DNA of 48,876 nt, taken from positions 1,035,226 through 1,084,101 of the forward strand of contig BPJB01000001.1 of the NCBI GenBank assembly GCA_026004395.1, written 5' to 3'. The notes below the pieces were generated by a model. That model did no database searches. It worked only from the letters and a program-made list of their open reading frames with translations, and was not told the DNA's origin. This stretch comes from Patescibacteria group bacterium (GTDB lineage Bacteria; Patescibacteriota; Microgenomatia; Levybacterales; UBA12049). Each line of letters begins with the position of its first letter. Within the stretch, counting starts at the first letter, position 1. The position numbers and the translations under genes are program-made. Positions 42,757-48,876 of this stretch are shown here, in pieces.

Positions 42757-44091
42757 ATGATAATAAATACAAAGCATTTCGAATCTTTATATCCTGCTGA
42801 TACGAGGGAGAGGGAGCTTTCGGAGATAGTTACATTGATCAGAGAAGGCAATTCCTGCCAGATTATTGGTATTCCGGGAGTAGGAAGATCAAGCCTTTTG
42901 GGACTACTTTCCTACAACAGAGACGTTCGCCTTAAGCACTTTCCTACCAAACATGGGTTTGTCCATTTTGTCATGGTCAATTTCTCAGAAGTGAGGAAAA
43001 GACCTTTATTTGATGTGATGAAGCTTATCTTTCTTAATCTGACTCAGTCTCTGAGGGAGAGAAGCATGGTAGAGGAATATGAAGTAGTTGATAAATTATT
43101 TAAAGATGCTCTAGCGTACAATGATGAGCTAGTGCTCACTCAGGGCATAAAAAATGCTGTTGATTATCTCTCGCTGGAGAAAAAATTCACATTAATATTC
43201 CTTTTTGATAGGTTTGATGAGTACGTGCCAGCACTCACTTCTCAGTTTTTTACCAATCTTCGTTCTCTAAGAGATCGTGCCAAGTATCGTTTTTCCTGTA
43301 TCTTTTCTCTCACGCGTCCTCTGGAGGATACAATTGAGCCGCTTCTTTTTGCTGATTTCAGCGATTTTGTAACAGGACATTTTGTGTATCTGTCCTTGTA
43401 TGATAAGCCTAGCGTTGATTTCCGATTTGATTACTTGGAAAAAATCACAGGCAAGCATCTTGCTAATACTGTTAGAGGAAAGATAGTAGATCTTACAGGG
43501 GGCCATATCCGCTTAAGCAAACTTGCAGCCGAGTCTCTCTTGGCGCAAGAGGTAGCACCTGATAATATCGAAGAATTTCTTCTTAGCCAAAGAACAATTC
43601 AAAGTGCGCTTCTGACTATCTGGCAAAGTCTTTCTCCTTTTGATCAGCAAATACTCAAAACACGATCTTTTTTTTCAAAAGATACAGATGATCTGCAGTA
43701 TCTAATAAAAGTAGGATTAATAGCAGATGGCAAGATTGCAATTCCTCTTCTTGAGAAGTATATCCAGTTCTCAGATTACTTATTGCAAGATGAGAAAATA
43801 ATTTACGATTCTTTGACCAATACTATCCATAAAGGAGAGAGTGTATTGTCAGATTATCTCACCAAATCAGAGTTTCGTCTCTTGCGGCACCTTCTGCAAA
43901 ATCCAGAGAGAGTAATTGAGAGAGAGGAAATTGTCTCAGTAGTCTGGCAGGATGCCAAATCAACAGCAGGTGTAAGTGAGCAGGCTATAGATCAGCTTAT
44001 CTTTAGACTACGAAGAAAAGTTGAGGTTGATCCTAACAATCCAAAGCATATTTTGACTGTGAAAGGGAGAGGAATTCGTTTTCAAGCATAA
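42757..44091 (+). CDS. Transcriptional regulator: P-loop NTPase-like N-domain plus C-terminal OmpR/PhoB-type winged helix
   Basis: Walker-A-like GIPGVGRS (42868-42891, Arg in place of Lys) and Walker-B-like LIFLFDRFDE. C-terminus SEFRLLRHLLQNPERVIEREEIVSVVW...AIDQLIFRLRRKV...ILTVKGRGIRF matches Trans_reg_C. A TACAAT lies exactly 6 nt upstream of the ATG at 42757. Confidence 0.7.
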   Translation: MIINTKHFESLYPADTRERELSEIVTLIREGNSCQIIGIPGVGRSSLLGLLSYNRDVRLKHFPTKHGFVHFVMVNFSEVRKRPLFDVMKLIFLNLTQSLRERSMVEEYEVVDKLFKDALAYNDELVLTQGIKNAVDYLSLEKKFTLIFLFDRFDEYVPALTSQFFTNLRSLRDRAKYRFSCIFSLTRPLEDTIEPLLFADFSDFVTGHFVYLSLYDKPSVDFRFDYLEKITGKHLANTVRGKIVDLTGGHIRLSKLAAESLLAQEVAPDNIEEFLLSQRTIQSALLTIWQSLSPFDQQILKTRSFFSKDTDDLQYLIKVGLIADGKIAIPLLEKYIQFSDYLLQDEKIIYDSLTNTIHKGESVLSDYLTKSEFRLLRHLLQNPERVIEREEIVSVVWQDAKSTAGVSEQAIDQLIFRLRRKVEVDPNNPKHILTVKGRGIRFQA

Positions 44092-44296
44092 ATTAAAGAT
44101 ATTTGAGTATTAGGAGTATCTCATTTAAACAAAACTTAACTTTAAGCACGATTATTTATTGCCTTATTTCTCTTTGATTTTGTGATTGCTTTAAATAAAT
44201 ATGAGATTGAGTTTTTAAGCTTCTATCCATAAATTTTTGCCTCTTTTTGGTTTAGAGTAAAAAATAATCATCCATAATCAGTGTTTTGTGTTTGTG

Positions 44297-44332
44297 TTTT
44301 GGTTGATACAAAATTTTTGGTTGAGATAAAAT
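44297..44332. repeat. Two tandem 18-bp direct repeats
   Basis: TTTTGGTTGATACAAAAT (44297-44314) is followed immediately by TTTTGGTTGAGATAAAAT (44315-44332), 16/18 identical. A looser third copy lies around 44245-44265. Confidence 0.7.
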
Positions 44333-44392
44333 CTATTTTTTTTAAAACATCTGTTTTGAGTAGTTAGATCAATAGCCATAATTTATACACAT

Positions 44393-44405
44393 ATCAAATA
44401 TTGAT
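44393..44405. promoter_or_regulatory. 13-bp perfect palindrome ATCAA-ATA-TTGAT, possible operator
   Basis: Seen directly, about 87 nt upstream of the ATG at 44492. Short AT-rich palindromes can occur by chance in this composition. Confidence 0.25.
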
Positions 44406-44491
44406 TAACTTACCTGCTATGTAATCAACCTAAAAGATTTTTATAAGCTTTTTCTCAAGTTAAATTGTTCTCTTCCTCCTATACTGCAGGC

Positions 44492-47035
44492 ATGAAAGAG
44501 CGTAATTTAGGACAATTAAATCAAGAAAAATTGACAGGACAAGGGTCAAATATCTATGCTAATAGTGGAGAAAAATCTATGCCTGATGAAAAACGAGTAG
44601 AACCGCCAGAAACAGCGATTATAAATACTCCTCTAAGTGAAACTCCAGATGAGGGTGGAAGACGCGTAGAATCAGTAAGAGAACCAATAACTGTTAGAGA
44701 GGGAATACTTCCCCAAACATCAGAAATTATTGGTGAAGGTGAAAACTATGAACTACCTCCTCTTACCCCAAAACAACAAACATTAATGGCTGAGTATAAG
44801 CGTCGTCATCCTAATGCTTCAGAGGAGCAGATTTTAGAAGCAGAGAAATTGATAAGAGGCGGTATTAATCCTCTTTCCGAAGAGCAAGAGCGACGTTTTG
44901 AAGGTATACCGCAAAATTTTAATGAACTCATAGAGGAAATTATGAAAAATTCTGATCCTAAATGGAGCAGAGGTGGCGAATACAGTCTTGTTAAGACAGT
45001 AAAAGACGAAAAGACGGGAAAAGACAAAGAAATAATTGATCAAGCAAATTTCCTAAGATGGGTGAGAGATAGAATGCTTTATTTTCATAATGAGTCTCCA
45101 GATGAGCAGTTTAGTCTTTTTGCCAAAGTCCGTCTCCAAAGAGAAGTTCGTGATATCTCCATAGGAGAAATGATAGAGTATGAGGATCGCTATTTTCGTG
45201 ATAAAGATAGAAATCAGTACAAAGAACTGGTTGATCAACTGCGAAAAGAACTTTGGCAGTTCTCCATGTTTCGTCTTAATGATTTGAAATATAAAGCTGT
45301 AATGGGTAGTGATACAGAACTGCCCAAAGCTATTCAAGAAATGTTTTATTATAACTTCGCTACCAAGACAGTGTGGGGTGGTAAGAGTGCTCTTGCTTGG
45401 GTTTTGACAATGCCTGATGCTTTCACTTCAAATCCTATTACTGAAGAACATCGAAAGGCAAGAACTACTCCTGAACAACCAGAGCTAGATACAGCAACAG
45501 GTCAGGCTCTCAATACAGCTTTTTTGACGTATTATTATATCTCAGATATAGATATGTTGAGAGTTATTCTAGGAGAGGATGCGCCTCTTCTTGATAAAGA
45601 AGAGATTAAAAAAATAATTAGACAACGAGCAGCCAAAAAATTTGGTGAGACTGATGAGGGAGCAAAGGCATTAATTCAAGATAGAGACGGATTAGTAGCC
45701 AAGCTTTTTGATAAAACTGAAGAGTTTAATGAAGAAGATCTTCGTGATTTTATTAATATCTTTAATTCTCCTGAAAAGCATACTGAGATTATTGGAGTAG
45801 TAAATGATTTGATTGCCTTATCTATCAAGAAAAAATACTCCAAGAGTAATATTAATATTGAGGAGATGAATATTGAATATGCACGAACATTTGCAGGATT
45901 CATGGCGCGTATGTTTGGCGCAGGTTATAGAAATGATTTGAAAGCAAATGCCAATGATGCAGGAGCAAAACCCGGCAATCTCATGCGCTACCGTCTAAAG
46001 CAGGTTGAAGAAGGAAGACGTGGAGGAGCATTTGGAACTCCATATAACGTGTATTTTCTTAAAGAACTGATGGTTGATTTTCTTTCAGGATCGCGTACAG
46101 AGTCTCTAGTGTTAAGTGATGATGGAACATATTTTGTTGATAGTCAAGGTAAAAAGCACTATTACACCCCTTTAGAAGTAATGTTGGAGATGGAAAAAAT
46201 GCTGGATGATCCTGATTTTAAGTCAACAAAAATTCATGAACTTGCGAAACGTCTTCTTTTTCCAGACAATACCATGCGTCAGTATGCAGGAAATCATGTC
46301 ATCAGAGCATTCTCGATGTTTACTGATATTACTGAAGCGACAGAAATTAACTGGAGTAAGTTTATTACTTATGATCCATTTGGAAGAGTTGTTTTCAACC
46401 GAAAGGAGTTTGAGACTGAGGTCAAAGAGAATTTTTTTAAGAAGATGCGCTATGCGTGGTCAACATATGGACAGCTTGATTTTAGTAAATCTGTAAGAAC
46501 ACAAGTAGAAAAGGTAGTAAATGGGAAAAAGGTCAGCACATGGGAATGGCAGCCTCTGGCAAGTAGAATGTTTGGATATGAGATCTTGAATACTCCTGAA
46601 TTTTGGGCAACAGATGAAAAAGGAAGAGTACTCTATGATGAAAATGGCAATCACCTTATAGATTATTTCAAGGTCAATGCAGATAAGACCAAGCTCTGGA
46701 AGAGAGTTGCATTAGCACGTATAGCTGCTGAACTTTATTCGCATCGTAATCTATATTCAACAGATCCTCGTTATAATTTTTTCTTTTATGAACAGGTTAT
46801 TGAAGCTCTAAGAAGTATTCCCTCAGAGATTGTTGGCGATGAGTTTGATTTGAGAAGCGTTAAGACAGGAGGCCAGTTTTTTAGCGATGAGGATCTGGAA
46901 TGGCTGAGAAAGCATTCCTCAACTACCTGGTGGGAGTTATATCGAGGAGCACTTATTAGTGATGTCTTTCAAGGAAGTATTAAAGGATATAGAAAAGCAA
47001 TTAGCCTTTTTCTAAGAATGATTATTGAGCAGTAA
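44492..47035 (+). CDS. Large soluble hypothetical protein (847 aa from the ATG at 44492)
   Basis: Long uninterrupted ORF with no TM helix, no signal peptide and no recognised motif. A TATACT (44480-44485) lies exactly 6 nt before the ATG. Confidence 0.55.
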   Translation: MKERNLGQLNQEKLTGQGSNIYANSGEKSMPDEKRVEPPETAIINTPLSETPDEGGRRVESVREPITVREGILPQTSEIIGEGENYELPPLTPKQQTLMAEYKRRHPNASEEQILEAEKLIRGGINPLSEEQERRFEGIPQNFNELIEEIMKNSDPKWSRGGEYSLVKTVKDEKTGKDKEIIDQANFLRWVRDRMLYFHNESPDEQFSLFAKVRLQREVRDISIGEMIEYEDRYFRDKDRNQYKELVDQLRKELWQFSMFRLNDLKYKAVMGSDTELPKAIQEMFYYNFATKTVWGGKSALAWVLTMPDAFTSNPITEEHRKARTTPEQPELDTATGQALNTAFLTYYYISDIDMLRVILGEDAPLLDKEEIKKIIRQRAAKKFGETDEGAKALIQDRDGLVAKLFDKTEEFNEEDLRDFINIFNSPEKHTEIIGVVNDLIALSIKKKYSKSNINIEEMNIEYARTFAGFMARMFGAGYRNDLKANANDAGAKPGNLMRYRLKQVEEGRRGGAFGTPYNVYFLKELMVDFLSGSRTESLVLSDDGTYFVDSQGKKHYYTPLEVMLEMEKMLDDPDFKSTKIHELAKRLLFPDNTMRQYAGNHVIRAFSMFTDITEATEINWSKFITYDPFGRVVFNRKEFETEVKENFFKKMRYAWSTYGQLDFSKSVRTQVEKVVNGKKVSTWEWQPLASRMFGYEILNTPEFWATDEKGRVLYDENGNHLIDYFKVNADKTKLWKRVALARIAAELYSHRNLYSTDPRYNFFFYEQVIEALRSIPSEIVGDEFDLRSVKTGGQFFSDEDLEWLRKHSSTTWWELYRGALISDVFQGSIKGYRKAISLFLRMIIEQ

Positions 47036-47143
47036 AGTAACTAAAGTTTTAAAAGACATTTTATCTTATTTTTATTTATAGAAATAGATTTTATTTTCAA
47101 CCTATAAATTGATCTATGATTCTCAGATTCTTGATATCAGTTA

Positions 47144-48876
47144 CTAAGATTCGGTGTCTGGTGTCTGGATGGGCCGAGGATGAACTAGATTTCGCCTTGC
47201 TAGATCATCGAAGTTTTGTCTTCCCCTATAAAGGAAATTCATTGGCGTTATTCTGTTAAGACGTATTTTCTGTCCTATTCGTGTATTTCTAACTTTATCA
47301 AAGGCTTTTAATCCAGTAGCTGCTAGGAATCCTGCTTCTCCTCTTCGTGTATCAAGCCTCAAGGATCGAGAGATCACCCCTGCAATAGGAGGCATTGTGA
47401 CTGCCGCTCCTCTACCAAAACCTTTATAAATTGCAGGTGTTACATATTTGTTGGGTTGAGTCTTCAGAGCATCTCTAAGTAGATGAAGAATCTCAGGTGT
47501 GACAAAGATTATCCCAACAGCAATGAGATTGCCGAAGTTGTCAAGAGCATTGGGATTGGCAAGAAGAGGCGGGATAAAAGTGTTGGCAGAAGGGTTGTTG
47601 AGCCCTTCCTGGACATAAATCACCCTTGCAGCCACAATCATGGCAACAGCAGCAGGGAAGACCAGAAGGTGCGCTGCCATAAAGCGGAGCCACGATGTAA
47701 AACCAAGTGAATTACCAGGCAAAAGTCCTGCACCAATCCATAAAGGAGCAGAGATGGCACCAATAATTACATAAATAAATGCTCTAAGCAACAAAAACCA
47801 AAGTCTGAAAAGAGCAATAATTATAGCAGCAAGAACAATGATAATTGTCAACATACTTATTAACCATTTCACTGCACCAAAAAAACCAGCCTTTGCACAA
47901 TCCATCACAGTGTCGAGTTTAGGAATTATTGTTTGAATACCAAAAACTTTATGGTATGATTGATTACATTTCATGTCTTTATCCTCGTTCCAACCTAAAA
48001 GCGCTATGATACCTCGTGAAAGTACATCTCCTATGCTTCCTGCTACATTCACTGAAATTCCCATAAATCCATCAACTGATCCTAAACAACCAGTTGCATT
48101 ACCAAAAAGCTCACTGGTGTAATTAATAGGATTATTTAGCAGATTTTTTGTTGCTATAAAATCTACTTTTTGGGGAACACCCTCTGCATTTTTTTTAGGT
48201 TCTCCTATACACGGTAGATTACCGCTTGTAAGAGTATTTATACCACCATATGTTGCAAGCCACATGCCGTCAATTAAAAGTCCGGCAATTGGATAGGAAA
48301 ATGTGATGAGGATGATAGTGACTATGATCTTGGGTAGTTGATTTTGGATAGACATTACTGTGCGTGGATCTATCTTTACCCTTAGCATAATACCAATTCC
48401 AATCAGTATAAAAATGATAATCAGGAAAATATAAGTAATATCGCGTATTCTTATCCACAAATCTCTAATCGCCTCAAGAGCAGTAAATCCAGATCCCGGA
48501 TCAGTCTGTGCATGTGTCTCTCTGACAACTCCAAAGTTTGATGCCAAATACTCAAGATAACTGGTACTGCTTAGTGGCTGTCTAAAAAGATAGGCAATAG
48601 CGCTGGTGGAAAAGCCGACAACACCTCCTATCTGAGGATTTTGGGGATCTATCTTGTAGGAGCGTAACTCTCCTGTTTGCGGATCAGGTATCAGACAGGT
48701 ATGGTAGGGATTAAGCACATCAAGTCCTGTGAGCTGGCAGATAAGTGCAGCTGAGATCTCAATAAGCTTTATTTGAGCTTTAGTACTATCTATAGTTAAG
48801 GGTGCTGCTGATGGATAAGTATTATTAGGATAGGGATCTACTCCCTGCGCAAAAGCATGAGATGCACTAAGACTAT
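47144..48876 (-). CDS. Polytopic membrane protein, VirB6/TrbL-like candidate. The 5' end lies beyond the window.
   Basis: At least 6 hydrophobic helices. My manual translation shows the frame stays open upstream of the GTG at 48718 to the window edge (...SLSASHAFAQGVDPYPNNTYPSAAPL...). That stretch looks like the end of a signal peptide, so the gene is truncated by the window. Confidence 0.5.
   Translation of the reverse strand, partial: SLSASHAFAQGVDPYPNNTYPSAAPLTIDSTKAQIKLIEISAALICQLTGLDVLNPYHTCLIPDPQTGELRSYKIDPQNPQIGGVVGFSTSAIAYLFRQPLSSTSYLEYLASNFGVVRETHAQTDPGSGFTALEAIRDLWIRIRDITYIFLIIIFILIGIGIMLRVKIDPRTVMSIQNQLPKIIVTIILITFSYPIAGLLIDGMWLATYGGINTLTSGNLPCIGEPKKNAEGVPQKVDFIATKNLLNNPINYTSELFGNATGCLGSVDGFMGISVNVAGSIGDVLSRGIIALLGWNEDKDMKCNQSYHKVFGIQTIIPKLDTVMDCAKAGFFGAVKWLISMLTIIIVLAAIIIALFRLWFLLLRAFIYVIIGAISAPLWIGAGLLPGNSLGFTSWLRFMAAHLLVFPAAVAMIVAARVIYVQEGLNNPSANTFIPPLLANPNALDNFGNLIAVGIIFVTPEILHLLRDALKTQPNKYVTPAIYKGFGRGAAVTMPPIAGVISRSLRLDTRRGEAGFLAATGLKAFDKVRNTRIGQKIRLNRITPMNFLYRGRQNFDDLARRNLVHPRPIQTPDTES

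Noticed and set aside
44297-44332. Tandem 18-bp repeats as a possible CRISPR array
   Set aside because: There are only two abutting copies with no spacers, they are AT-rich, and there are no cas genes. It does not fit CRISPR architecture.
1-48876. Alternative genetic code (UGA as Gly or Trp, as in some CPR or Mollicutes lineages)
   Set aside because: TGA terminates conserved genes at the expected protein ends (valS at 6281-6283, yidC at 18993-18995, the 1278-aa gene at 25525-27). Long ORFs are uninterrupted under the standard code.
1-48876. tRNA, rRNA or other structured RNA genes in intergenic gaps (8384-8516, 12686-12836, 33336-33472, 38057-38172, 39434-39615, 44092-44491, 47036-47143)
   Set aside because: I read each gap on both strands and saw no cloverleaf-compatible stems, no GTTCGAATC-type T-loop box and no GC-rich helices. 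A covariance-model scan would be needed to exclude small ncRNAs.
23514-48876. Calling the locus an integrative conjugative element or prophage
   Set aside because: No integrase, relaxase, coupling protein, replication gene, capsid or terminase genes, flanking direct repeats or tRNA target are visible in the window. Only machinery-like genes are present, and the right boundary lies outside the window.

Overview
AT-rich bacterial chromosome segment read with the standard code: TGA closes conserved genes such as valS and yidC. All calls come from motif recognition by eye, with no database search. Short housekeeping genes, a DUF4012-type envelope protein, a four-helix-bundle gene and VirB2-like small pilins together suggest a Candidate Phyla Radiation (Patescibacteria) type organism. 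This is inference only.

Left half (1-23.5 kb) is core genome:
- a P-type ATPase, ruvC-ruvA-ruvB, rplY and valS
- a small glycolytic cluster of a hexokinase-fold protein, class II aldolase and pgk
- envelope genes (DUF4012 protein, O-antigen-ligase-like protein)
- the classic origin arrangement jag-yidC-yidD-rnpA-rpmH <> dnaA-dnaN, with DnaA boxes

Right half (23.5-48.9 kb, running off the window) is an accessory-looking locus that I read as a monoderm-style type IV secretion or pilus-like system. It contains:
- a VirB3/PrgI-like protein, a stand-alone VirB4-N-domain paralog and a VirB4 ATPase
- a 1278-aa bitopic protein ending in an M23 peptidase
- a secreted Cys-rich HExxH protein and Ig-like/PEGA proteins
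- four tandem VirB2-like pilin genes, plus a 766-aa secreted protein carrying a fifth pilin module at its C-terminus
- a VirB6-like polytopic protein
- a divergently transcribed P-loop + winged-helix regulator
- several large orphan coiled-coil proteins

No relaxase, VirD4 coupling protein, VirB11, integrase, tRNA, rRNA or CRISPR array is visible in the window.

Two sequence-level patterns stand out:
- a pho-box-like array of four heptamer direct repeats between the hexokinase-like and aldolase genes
- a recurring promoter geometry (TTGnnn-17-TAnnnT, then 6-9 nt, then ATG) that implies leaderless mRNAs
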